Assembly (NCBI GenBank): GCA_963732385.1
Contig: CAVSZB010000007.1
Location: 704,001 to 768,000 of the forward strand
Reading direction: 5' to 3'
DNA from: an uncultured bacterium
GTDB lineage: Bacteria > Krumholzibacteriota > Krumholzibacteriia > LZORAL124-64-63
Length of the DNA stretch: 64,000 bases
In this document: positions 9,792 to 18,765 of the stretch, piece after piece
Layout of the letters: each line of letters opens with the position of its first letter
Numbering within the stretch: position 1 is the stretch's first letter
The notes under the pieces: model-generated
Databases searched by the model: none
Told to the model about the DNA's origin: nothing
Seen by the model: the letters and a program-made list of their open reading frames with translations, nothing else
Translations under genes and position numbers: made by a program

Positions 9792-12629
9792 TCACCGGAT
9801 AACCACGAATTTGCCGATGAAGTCCTTGAACCGCGAATCGGCCGACTGCACCGCATAGATATAGATCCCGCTGACGATTTCCTGGCCGTTGCGGCTGACC
9901 AGGTTCCAGCTCACCGAGCCGTATCCTGCCGTGCCGTCATGTTCCAGGGTCTGCACCAGATCGCCGTCCTCGGTGAATATTTTGATCGTGTTGCGGGCCT
10001 CCGGCAGGTTGGCGAAAATAACCTGCACCCCCGTGGGGTCGTCCGCATTCGGCAGAAGCTCCATCGGCCTCAGCGCCTCACGCGTGGCTGGGTTCGGGTA
10101 GACATAGATGTTCGCCCCGAGCAGTTCGCGCTGCTCCGCCGTCTGCGCCAAAGCGGCCGGCACCGAATGGCCGAACGCGGAGCCGGGGTCGCCCGACTGC
10201 CCGGGACCCGCAATGACCGGGGGGGCGTCTGGGTTGACATCGAAGCGCAGCGCGTGATCGGCGGCCGAGACGGCGTAGAAACTGATAAACCCGTTGTGCA
10301 CATCGCGATCCATGTACCGGTAGAAATTCATCGCCGTTTTGGCGACGACTCCCGGACTGCCGGGCCGCGACAAAACCCAGAAGAAGGTATCCAACTCCGC
10401 CGGGTAACCTTCCCAGGGAATCAGCCCCAGCAGGTCTTCGCGCGGCAACCCCGAGCGAGTCCGCAGCGCCGGGATTTCCTGCAGCAGGCCGGCCACATCC
10501 TGATCCACGACCGTCCGCATCTCCTGCGGCAGTCCGTGGAAACGCTGGCCCAGGGCCGTATCGGCCAGACAGACCGGATTGTAGCGAATTTCCTCCAGCC
10601 CGGTGTTGGCGCCAAGCGGCAGCGTGTCGGAGAGAATACTGCCGTCGATCAGCACTCGGTTCCGGATGTAGCTGTTATCCAGATCATACTCGGCGATCAG
10701 TTGCCAGAGGGAGTTCGCCGGCCCGTTTTCCAGGGAGGAACCGAATGGCCGTGTCCAGTTGTCCGCACGATAAATGCGGTACGCCTCGAAGTCGATCTTG
10801 TTCGTGCGCACATCCGGCGTGATTTCGCTTTTATCATTCCAGAAAACCGCCACGGCGTTGTCGGTCGGCATCAGACGCATATCCGGAGGCGGCGGCGCCA
10901 TGCCGACCAGCCAGTGCACAACAGATTCATTGCCACTGATCCCGGTGCAGCCGGCCTTCTCCACCGGATTCGTGACGACCGGATCCCAGCAGTTCCAGCG
11001 GCCGTTCGGATTGGGGTTGGTGGGCGTGCAATACTGTCCGTTCTGCCTGAAACACTCGAAACAGTTGTCACTGTTCACGTAGATGCAGCGCTTCCCATAG
11101 GTCGGACTGTTCGGATTCGCGTCCAGAACCAGATCCTCGCTGGTGATCGTGGGCTGAGCGAGTAGGAAATCCTGCGACACGCAACTGACGTCCATGTAAT
11201 CGGGTACGAAGCCGAAAATGGGGTTGGCGCCGCCGCCGACGGACGAGTAATCCTCCTGGCAAATTTTCAAATCGCGGCCATTGACCCCGGTCAACGGGTC
11301 CGAGTCGAGGTTGAGATAGTTGCCGTACCAGGTCAAAGCGGCTTCGGCCGCGTTCGAGAGCATCCCCGCAAAGCCGTTGCCCACAACCATCGCCGCCTGG
11401 AACCGCAAAGTGCGGTCAGCATCCAGGCGCTGGAACGGGCCGGCCGAAACCAGGATGCGGAAATCGGCCTTCTTCTCCGGCGCGACATCCGCGTCGTATT
11501 CCGCCACACTGAGCAATTCATAGCGTTCCGCGTCGTTGGTCGGGTCTCCGCCCTGCTCGAACTGCGCCTGGCCGGCAAAAGACTGGTATGACCGCACCTT
11601 TACCCGCGCAGGTGCCGTCACGCCGGAGGGATCGATGTCGTGGCCCAGGAAGAGGATGCCGAAGTAGCCCGGCGCCTGGCCGTCATCGCCATCGTCGTCA
11701 TACATGAAGCCGATCGAAATCGGCACATAGCTGCCATCCTTCGCCCGCACCGCCCCTTCGAAGTAACCAGCAAGATCGTCCTCCGCGAGCGACTCACGGC
11801 CGCGGGGGCCGATGTCGCAGTCGGCGAAAAAGCCGATGTAGACGTTGAGGAGCGGACTGACGCCGATGTTCTTGATGAAAAACTCGAAACCGACGAAGTC
11901 ATCCACATCGTCGTTTTCCCACGCATAGGCCTGCTGTACGATTTCCACGTTCAGCGGGACATGGTCAGGGTTGAGTTCCTGCGACAGCCGCGTGTTGTCG
12001 ACCATGGTCGTGACAATCATCTGATTGCCGATCTGGCCGAAATCCTCGTCTATCAGGCCGTCACCATCGTCATCGTAGCCGTTGAGCGTCTCCTCGTCGA
12101 TGGCGCCGTCCTCGTCGTCGTCCGGATTCGGCTCCGGCATGCGCCGCCCGCCGGCGTTGTCGTTTCCGACCGGCCGTAACAGCTTGCCCCCTCTTGCCTC
12201 GTAGATCGTATCGCGTATATCGTCGCGGCAACGGATCTCAGACGGCTGGTATTCGCCCGTGGAGGCCAATTTTTCGCCCTGCATCAGGGCGCCAACCCAG
12301 AGCCCCGCCCCCCAGAGATACTCCACGCCCGAACCTGCCGGCCATTGCGCCGAAGGGGCATCGGAGATGGCGCTCACAAACGAATACTGCGAGCCGATCA
12401 GGCCGAAGTTCGTGATGTTGATCTGCAGTTCGCCCGCATTCATCACATAGGAACCGTCCACGACCGGAAATCGGTGCGGATCAAGCCGGTCGCCGTCCAG
12501 CGGATCGGGCAGATCCTTCCAGGCCAGGGCGGGAGCAGCCCCCGCGACCAGCAGGGCGGCAAGGCATGCCCGCCATACGGCCCCGGCCGTCAGCGACCCG
12601 CGGCGGCGGTTCCAGCGGCGTGATGCCAT
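9792..12629 (-). CDS. Large exported protein with a T9SS type-A-like C-terminal sorting domain
   Basis: Signal peptide; DxDxDG Ca-binding-like motifs; Cys-rich insert; FN3-like APPPP...AVFW segment; C-terminus IYVYPNP...IKIFTEDGDLVQTL...WNLVSRNGQEIVSGIYIYAV...GKFVVIR. Confidence 0.85.
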   Translation of the reverse strand: MASRRWNRRRGSLTAGAVWRACLAALLVAGAAPALAWKDLPDPLDGDRLDPHRFPVVDGSYVMNAGELQINITNFGLIGSQYSFVSAISDAPSAQWPAGSGVEYLWGAGLWVGALMQGEKLASTGEYQPSEIRCRDDIRDTIYEARGGKLLRPVGNDNAGGRRMPEPNPDDDEDGAIDEETLNGYDDDGDGLIDEDFGQIGNQMIVTTMVDNTRLSQELNPDHVPLNVEIVQQAYAWENDDVDDFVGFEFFIKNIGVSPLLNVYIGFFADCDIGPRGRESLAEDDLAGYFEGAVRAKDGSYVPISIGFMYDDDGDDGQAPGYFGILFLGHDIDPSGVTAPARVKVRSYQSFAGQAQFEQGGDPTNDAERYELLSVAEYDADVAPEKKADFRILVSAGPFQRLDADRTLRFQAAMVVGNGFAGMLSNAAEAALTWYGNYLNLDSDPLTGVNGRDLKICQEDYSSVGGGANPIFGFVPDYMDVSCVSQDFLLAQPTITSEDLVLDANPNSPTYGKRCIYVNSDNCFECFRQNGQYCTPTNPNPNGRWNCWDPVVTNPVEKAGCTGISGNESVVHWLVGMAPPPPDMRLMPTDNAVAVFWNDKSEITPDVRTNKIDFEAYRIYRADNWTRPFGSSLENGPANSLWQLIAEYDLDNSYIRNRVLIDGSILSDTLPLGANTGLEEIRYNPVCLADTALGQRFHGLPQEMRTVVDQDVAGLLQEIPALRTRSGLPREDLLGLIPWEGYPAELDTFFWVLSRPGSPGVVAKTAMNFYRYMDRDVHNGFISFYAVSAADHALRFDVNPDAPPVIAGPGQSGDPGSAFGHSVPAALAQTAEQRELLGANIYVYPNPATREALRPMELLPNADDPTGVQVIFANLPEARNTIKIFTEDGDLVQTLEHDGTAGYGSVSWNLVSRNGQEIVSGIYIYAVQSADSRFKDFIGKFVVIR

Positions 12630-12691
12630 CGTTTCCGTTCCTTTCCGGCCGCCGGACGGGTGAGGCACCGCCCTCGGCCGCGCTTGCGCGG

Positions 12692-15600
12692 CTAGAATAA
12701 CCAGCCGAGCCCGATGCGGAAGAGGCGGTGATCCTCGAAAATGCGCGGGTCGTTGATCGGGGTAAACTCGTTCAGGCTGTCGCCATTCTTGTCCTGCAGA
12801 TACGCCCCGCCGTAGCGGCCGGTCTCGGTCAGAAAGGATTCGTAGGCCGCGGTGGCGTTGATCATGCCGGGAGTAAGGGTCATACCGATATTCCGCACCA
12901 TGTCCTGGTTGATCAAATTGAACGCCTGCACATACAGGGTGAGCGCCTGCCCGTAGAAGTTGATCTGCCGTTCCCCCTGGAAATCGAGCGAGAACGTGGA
13001 GGGGAGCCGCTCGCTGTTTTCCAACAACGGATTCTGCCGCCTGGCGAAGCGATCATTCGGCGTCCAGGGATAGCCGCTGCCGTAGGATGCGGTAATCGAA
13101 CCGGACCACGATCCCGGCTCGGACAGAAGCAGCGAAAAATTGAAGGTGTGTCGCTGGTCCCAGCTCAGCGACAACTCCTGGTTCGGAAGGTACTGCAGCC
13201 CTTCCGGATTGGCGCCGAAGGTCTGCTCGGACGCCACGCCGTCAGCGAACGCGTAGGTGTAGGTGATGTCGAAGGCGAAATTCTCGGCGAACCGCTTGTT
13301 CAGCGTGAATTCGGCCCCGCGCGATGACGCATACGCCTTGTTGATGTAGCGCGCCAGGACAGTGCCTGTCACCTGGTCGGTCACCGTGGTGGAGGCGATC
13401 AGATCGTAGATATCCTTGCTGTAGACCGCGAAACTGCCGGCCAGGTAATTGTTGAACTGGTGCTTGAGACCGGCCTGATAGCCGACCGTGGTCTCGGACT
13501 TCAGGTTGGGGTTGCCCAGAACTCCCCCCTGGTTGCCGATCGGATCCTGGCTGGAGAACAGCACGTCACGGTCGGGGAACTGGATGAAACGACCGTAGTG
13601 GAAGCTGAAACCGTCGCGCTCGGTGATCGGGAAGGCGAAGCCGAGGCGCGGCGAGAACTGCTGCTTGTACTTGAGAACGTTCTTGTTCACATCATCATTC
13701 TGCAACAGGATCTGCGCCGCCGACCCGGGCGAGAACAGATCCCAGCGGAAACCGTAGTTGACGACCATCCCCTCGTATTCCCAGCGGTCCTGGATGAACC
13801 AGGAGGCCTCCGGGTTGTAGCTGTGGAAGATGTTCGCGTTGCTGCCGAGCGACCAATCGCCCGTGTAACGGTTACGACGCTCGATCGCCGGGTTGAAGAC
13901 CCTGTAACGCTGCAGATCATTGTAGATCAACTGAACGCCGGTCTTGACCAGGTGCCCGCCCCATCGGCTCGAGGTCATGTCCAGCTTCATGATGTACTGG
14001 CGACTGTACTCCTCCGAGTACTGCGGGTTGTCGCCCGTGGTGATGAAGAGCGAGTTGAGCGGGTCGGTGTAGAAGTCACTGAAATACTGGTAGACCGGGG
14101 TCTGACCCTGGAACGCCCCGGGGGAATCGACACCGCCGTGATTGTACTCCCACGGGGATTTGCCGCCGACCGAGTATTTCTTGTCGAACGCCACTCGGCT
14201 CAGCTTGATCGTATAGAAAGTTTCGTCGGTCAGGTTGTGCGTGAGTACGAATTTCGCCTGCTGGCTCAGGTTGATCCACGTGAGGTCGCGATCGGCGGAG
14301 TTGAAGGCGGTGAACGAGGAATCCTCCTGGGCCGTGGCGTAGGTCGACCACGGATAGCGAAAGCCGTCGAACACCGGCTGCGCCATCACCAGGTAGTTGC
14401 GCCCGTCGACTCCGCGCACCTGCAGGATCGGCGAAACCTGCCGGATCTCGCTGGAATTGCGGGCGTCGACCACAATCGCGGGGCGCGCGGTCTGGTTCAT
14501 GCGCTCGAACCACGGGCCGTAATAGACCGGGGCGTAGCGGCCAAAGAAGTTATAGGTCTCCCCGTCGCGCGCACGCTCCACGATCGGCATCAGGATCATC
14601 CGGCGGGCGTAGCCCGAAACGCTCCAGTTCGGGGAGTAGACCTCGTTGGAGGAGTAGGAACTGCTGTACTCGCCGGTCAGCTTGAGATTGGGATTGAAAG
14701 TGTAGGCAAGCTTCACCGCCCCCTTGGCGTTGTTGCTCTGGCGGCGCCTGAACTTGAGCAGGGTCATGTCGCCGACCTGCACCTTGTACTCCGGCCGGTT
14801 GGCGATGGAGGTGTTTTCGCCGTCGGAGAAGGTGAGGTCTCCCGAGAGGAAGTAGGTCAGCTTGTTGACCGGCGTCGGGCCGCCGAAACCGAACTCGAAG
14901 CGGTCGTAGTTCGTGTAGGTCTTGTCCTGGCGACCGAAGTCGTCCGTGAAAAAGCGCAGGCCCCCCTCGAACTGGTCAGAGCCGGAGCGGGTCGTGATGT
15001 TGATGACGCCCGACATCGCGTTGCCATATTCCGGGTCGAGGCCGCCGGTGACGGTGTTGACCGCCTCCACGGAAAGGTTGGACACCGCGATGGCGCGCCC
15101 GCCGAGCGGATCGTCCACCGGCACATCGTCGATGCGCATCGAGACCTCGCCCGAGCGACCGCCACGCACGAACAGGTCGTCGCCGCGCTTGATCACGCCG
15201 GCCTGCTTGGCCACGGCGTCCACGACCGAGTCGATGGCGTATTTCGTCAGGCGCTCGGAGGTGATTTTCTGCTCCTGGACGGCGCTCTTCACCTCGACCA
15301 TGTAGGCGGCCCCCTCGACGTCGTACGCCGCGAGCGTTTCGACGATGACCACCTTCAGGCCGAAGGAGAGCTGGCTGACGTTGCCGGAGCTCACCTGGAC
15401 CGTCTGCTCCTCGACCGCATAGCCGAGATAGAGCACCTGCACGGTGTAGCTGCCGGGCTGCAGACCCTGGAAGTAGAACGCCCCGCCTCCGAGCGACATG
15501 GTGCCCCGCGTGGTCCCCTTGATCAGGACGTTGGCGTAGTCCAGCAGTTCGCCCGACTCCTGATCGCGAACGATGCCCTTGATGGAACCGGGCGCGCTCT

Positions 15601-15703
15601 GGGCGGCGGCCGACCCGGGCAGCGACAGCGCCACCAGCCCCGACAACGCCAGGCAGGTCAGCGCAACATACGCGAGCCAGTCGAACCGGTGACGACGGTG
15701 CAT
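12692..15703 (-). CDS. TonB-dependent receptor
   Basis: N-terminal carboxypeptidase-regulatory-like domain (GSIKGIVRDQESGELLDYANVLIKGT), plug (VRGGRSGE...GGLDPEYGNAMSGVINITT), barrel (SPRLGFAFPI, GNPNLKSE), C-terminal Phe. Confidence 0.95.
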   Translation of the reverse strand: MHRRHRFDWLAYVALTCLALSGLVALSLPGSAAAQSAPGSIKGIVRDQESGELLDYANVLIKGTTRGTMSLGGGAFYFQGLQPGSYTVQVLYLGYAVEEQTVQVSSGNVSQLSFGLKVVIVETLAAYDVEGAAYMVEVKSAVQEQKITSERLTKYAIDSVVDAVAKQAGVIKRGDDLFVRGGRSGEVSMRIDDVPVDDPLGGRAIAVSNLSVEAVNTVTGGLDPEYGNAMSGVINITTRSGSDQFEGGLRFFTDDFGRQDKTYTNYDRFEFGFGGPTPVNKLTYFLSGDLTFSDGENTSIANRPEYKVQVGDMTLLKFRRRQSNNAKGAVKLAYTFNPNLKLTGEYSSSYSSNEVYSPNWSVSGYARRMILMPIVERARDGETYNFFGRYAPVYYGPWFERMNQTARPAIVVDARNSSEIRQVSPILQVRGVDGRNYLVMAQPVFDGFRYPWSTYATAQEDSSFTAFNSADRDLTWINLSQQAKFVLTHNLTDETFYTIKLSRVAFDKKYSVGGKSPWEYNHGGVDSPGAFQGQTPVYQYFSDFYTDPLNSLFITTGDNPQYSEEYSRQYIMKLDMTSSRWGGHLVKTGVQLIYNDLQRYRVFNPAIERRNRYTGDWSLGSNANIFHSYNPEASWFIQDRWEYEGMVVNYGFRWDLFSPGSAAQILLQNDDVNKNVLKYKQQFSPRLGFAFPITERDGFSFHYGRFIQFPDRDVLFSSQDPIGNQGGVLGNPNLKSETTVGYQAGLKHQFNNYLAGSFAVYSKDIYDLIASTTVTDQVTGTVLARYINKAYASSRGAEFTLNKRFAENFAFDITYTYAFADGVASEQTFGANPEGLQYLPNQELSLSWDQRHTFNFSLLLSEPGSWSGSITASYGSGYPWTPNDRFARRQNPLLENSERLPSTFSLDFQGERQINFYGQALTLYVQAFNLINQDMVRNIGMTLTPGMINATAAYESFLTETGRYGGAYLQDKNGDSLNEFTPINDPRIFEDHRLFRIGLGWLF

Positions 15704-15898
15704 GGCACCGCTCCTTTCGCACTTGGCGATTCCGCTCAGGCTTGCAGGTCCACATCGGCCTGCCACCGGGTCACTGCGGCCAGCGGCGCGGCAGCGTGGG
15801 GAGCTTGTATGCAAGTCCGGAACCCACACTTCCTAAACGCCGGCTCCGCGCTGGGGAGGTGGGTCCCGGCAGGTGTCCGAACCGGCAACTCTCGGCTG

Positions 15899-15927
15899 AA
15901 TATAGAGATTGCCCCAAACCGTGTCAA
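15899..15927 (-). promoter_or_regulatory. Near-consensus sigma-70 promoter for the receptor-CTD protein-PorV operon
   Basis: TTGACA-N17-TATATT on the minus strand, in a high-GC background. Confidence 0.8.
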
Positions 15928-15936
15928 CCCGCGCTT

Positions 15937-16932
15937 CTATCCCCTCTGCTGCGCCTGCGGACAGCGCAGGAAGTGCCCCGTCGCGATCTCCACCAGCGGC
16001 GGAATCCGCCGTCGACACACCTCTTCCACCAGCGCGCAGCGCGGGGCGTACGGACACCCGTCGGGGGGATCGAGGAACGAAGGGGGCTCGCCGGGCGACG
16101 GCACGGCCGGCACCTCCCCCGCGGCGACCGCGGCAAGCGCGCCGGCCAGGGTCGGCGCCGCCGCCAGCAGGGCGCGCGTGTAGGGATGGCGCGGCGCCGC
16201 GCCCCCCTCCGCCGACCACACCTCCACCAGCCGGCCGAGGTACATCACCGCCACGCGGTCACACAGCCGCTCCACCAGGCGCGGATCGTGGGCGATCAGC
16301 AGGAGACCGAGGCCGCGCCGCTGCTGCGCCTCGCGCAGCAGATTCAGGACACGCGCCCGCAGCGGAGCGTCGAGCGCGCTGACCGGCTCGTCCGCGATCA
16401 ACACCCGCGGCGCGACCGCCAGCGCCCGCGCGATCGCCACCCGCTGTCGCCCCCCTCCCGACAGTTCGTGCGGCCGCACGGCCGCCGCGCCGGACGGCAG
16501 GCCGACCTCCTCCAGCAGGCGTCGTGTCTCCGCCGCCCCGTCAGGGCCGCCGCCAGCCCGCACCGCCAGCGCCTCGGCCAGCGCGGCGCCCACGGTCTGC
16601 CGCGGGTCGAGCGCGCCACCCGGATCCTGGCAGACGAGTTGCGCCAGCCGCCGCGCCACGCGCAGTTCCGCGCCGCGCAAGGCCGCCAGGTCGCGTCCAT
16701 CCACCCGCACGGAACCGGCTTGCGCCGGCCAGAGTCCGACGGCCGCGCGGGCCAGCGTCGACTTGCCGCAGCCAGATTCTCCCACCAGCCCCACCGTTTC
16801 ACCGACGGCCACGGCGAGACTGACGCCGTCCACCGGCCGGATCCGCGCCGGCCGCCGCCACGGCCCCCGGCGGACCGGCAGTTCGACTGTCAGGTCGCGC
16901 AGTTCCAGGACCGGGGGCTCGGCGTCGGTCAT
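15937..16932 (-). CDS. Oligopeptide/dipeptide ABC transporter ATPase (OppF/DppF-like)
   Basis: [40 protein letters not shown], Cys-rich tail; ATG 16932 overlaps the upstream stop. Confidence 0.92.
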   Translation of the reverse strand: MTDAEPPVLELRDLTVELPVRRGPWRRPARIRPVDGVSLAVAVGETVGLVGESGCGKSTLARAAVGLWPAQAGSVRVDGRDLAALRGAELRVARRLAQLVCQDPGGALDPRQTVGAALAEALAVRAGGGPDGAAETRRLLEEVGLPSGAAAVRPHELSGGGRQRVAIARALAVAPRVLIADEPVSALDAPLRARVLNLLREAQQRRGLGLLLIAHDPRLVERLCDRVAVMYLGRLVEVWSAEGGAAPRHPYTRALLAAAPTLAGALAAVAAGEVPAVPSPGEPPSFLDPPDGCPYAPRCALVEEVCRRRIPPLVEIATGHFLRCPQAQQRG

Positions 16933-17915
16933 GACGGCACCTCGCCACGCGCCAGCGCCCTTGCCACGGCCGGCAGACAGGCGACGCGCCGGTCCGGCCC
17001 CAGCGCCGCCAGGAGGGGGGTTGCGACAACGCAGGCGGCGCGCGTATGCGGACAGCGCGGCGCGAACGCACAGCCGGGCGTCTCGTCGCCCGGCGCGGGG
17101 GGGGCGCCCCGCAATTCCGGCAGCGGACCGCGGACCGGCCACTGCTCCGGCAATGACGCCGTCAGCGCGCGCGTGTACGGATGCGCCGGGGTCGCCAGCA
17201 CGGCCGCGGTCGGCCCCTCCTCCACCAGGCGTCCGGCGTACATGATGGCGACCCGCTCGGTGAGACCGGGCGCCAGAGCCAGATCGTGCGTGATGAACAG
17301 CAGCGACATCCCCCGCGCCCGCACGAGTCCGCGCAGCAGGTCGAGGATCTGGGCCTGCACCGTGACGTCGAGCGAGGCGGTCGGCTCGTCGGCCAGCAGG
17401 CACTCCGGCTCGCACGCCAGTGCGGCGGCCAGCAGCGCGCGCTGGCGCATGCCGCCACTGAGCCGGTGCGGCGCGTCGGCGACCCGCGCCGCGGCATCGG
17501 GCAGCCGGACTTCCGCCAGCAGCCGCACCGCTTCGGCCTGCGCCGCGCGGCGCCCCAGGCCGCGGTGCCAGCGCAACGCCTCCGCGACCTGCTCCCCTAC
17601 GCCCAGCACCGGATTGAGCGCCGCCGCCGGCTCCTGTGGCACCAGTCCGAGCCGCCGTCCGCGAAAGGCGCGCCGCTCCCGCTCCGGCAAAGTCAGCAGT
17701 TCAGTCCCTTCCCAGGTCACCCGTCCGGTGGCGCGCGCGCCGGGCGGCAGCAGCCCGAGCAGCGCGCGGATGGTGAGCGACTTGCCACAGCCCGACTCCC
17801 CCGCCAGCGCCAGCGTTTCCCCCCGCGCCAGCGTGAAGGAGACACCGCGCACGGCGCGGGCGGCGCCGAAGGCGACCTCGAGGTCCTCAACCGCGAGCAG
17901 ACTCGGCACGCTCAA
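16929..17915 (-). CDS. Oligopeptide/dipeptide ABC transporter ATPase (OppD/DppD-like)
   Basis: GESGCGKS, LSGGMRQR, DEPTASLDVTVQAQIL, HPYT, GCAFAPRC. Confidence 0.93.
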   Translation of the reverse strand: MSVPSLLAVEDLEVAFGAARAVRGVSFTLARGETLALAGESGCGKSLTIRALLGLLPPGARATGRVTWEGTELLTLPERERRAFRGRRLGLVPQEPAAALNPVLGVGEQVAEALRWHRGLGRRAAQAEAVRLLAEVRLPDAAARVADAPHRLSGGMRQRALLAAALACEPECLLADEPTASLDVTVQAQILDLLRGLVRARGMSLLFITHDLALAPGLTERVAIMYAGRLVEEGPTAAVLATPAHPYTRALTASLPEQWPVRGPLPELRGAPPAPGDETPGCAFAPRCPHTRAACVVATPLLAALGPDRRVACLPAVARALARGEVPS

Positions 17916-18765
17916 GCTCGCCTCCCCCGGTGACGGCGCGTGGATCGAGCGCCTCCCGCAGGCCGTCGCCCAGCAGATTCCAGCCGACGACCGTGGCCGT
18001 GATCGCCAGCCCCGGGAACGCGGTCAGCCACCAGCCGTCGCGCAGGTGGGCGCGCCCCTGTTCGATCATCGCGCCCCAGCTCACCGCCGGCTCCGGGGCC
18101 CCCAGCCCCAGGAAGCCGAGGAACGTCTCGAGCAGGATCGTGCTGCCGACCCGCAGCGCCGCCGCCACGATGATCGTCGGCAGCAGGTTCGGCAGCACGT
18201 GCCGCCACGCCACCTGCGCGCCGGTCAGGCCGAGACCGCGCGCCGCCGCCACGAAGTCCCGCTCGCGCAGCGACAGCGCCTCGGCCCGCACCAGGCGCGC
18301 CACCCCCATCCAGCCGGTGAGGCCGAGCACCACCACCACCAGCCCCAGCGACGGCGCGGTCAGCGAGACCAGCAGGAGGATGAGGAAGACGCGCGGGAAC
18401 GCCAGCGCCACGTCGGTCACCGCCATCAGCGTCCGGTCGACCGCCGCCGGCGCCAGGCCGGCGATCAGCCCGACGAACGTGCCGCAGCCGACCGCAACCA
18501 CCACGCCGACCAGCCCCACCAGCAGCGACACGCGCGCCCCGTGCAGCAGCCGCGCCAGCACGTCGCGGCCGAGCGGGTCGGTGCCGAGCAGGTGGGTCAG
18601 GGAAGGGGGCTGCAACCGCTCCGTGGCCCCGCCCAGCGCCGCCGGATCGCCCGGCGCCAGCACCGGCGCCAGCAGCGCAGCCAAAAGCGGCAGCGCCGCC
18701 AGGGCCAGTCCGACCCGCGCCGTACCGCCCCGCAGCGCCACCGGCCACGGCCCGACGCCGCTCAC
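17887..18765 (-). CDS. Peptide/nickel ABC transporter permease (OppC-like)
   Basis: HLLGTDPLGRDVLARLLHGARVSL; DFVAAARGLG...RHVLPN; SWGAMI. Confidence 0.93.
   Translation of the reverse strand: MSGVGPWPVALRGGTARVGLALAALPLLAALLAPVLAPGDPAALGGATERLQPPSLTHLLGTDPLGRDVLARLLHGARVSLLVGLVGVVVAVGCGTFVGLIAGLAPAAVDRTLMAVTDVALAFPRVFLILLLVSLTAPSLGLVVVVLGLTGWMGVARLVRAEALSLRERDFVAAARGLGLTGAQVAWRHVLPNLLPTIIVAAALRVGSTILLETFLGFLGLGAPEPAVSWGAMIEQGRAHLRDGWWLTAFPGLAITATVVGWNLLGDGLREALDPRAVTGGGELERAESARG

Noticed and set aside
15722..15736. 15-bp match (agcggaatcgccaag) shared with 52961-52975 on the opposite strand
   Set aside because: A single short match in different context and orientation; compatible with chance in 64 kb.
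15704..15892. Cobalamin riboswitch or Fur box before the TonB receptor
   Set aside because: No B12-box-like sequence and no AT-rich GATAATGAT-type repeat seen.
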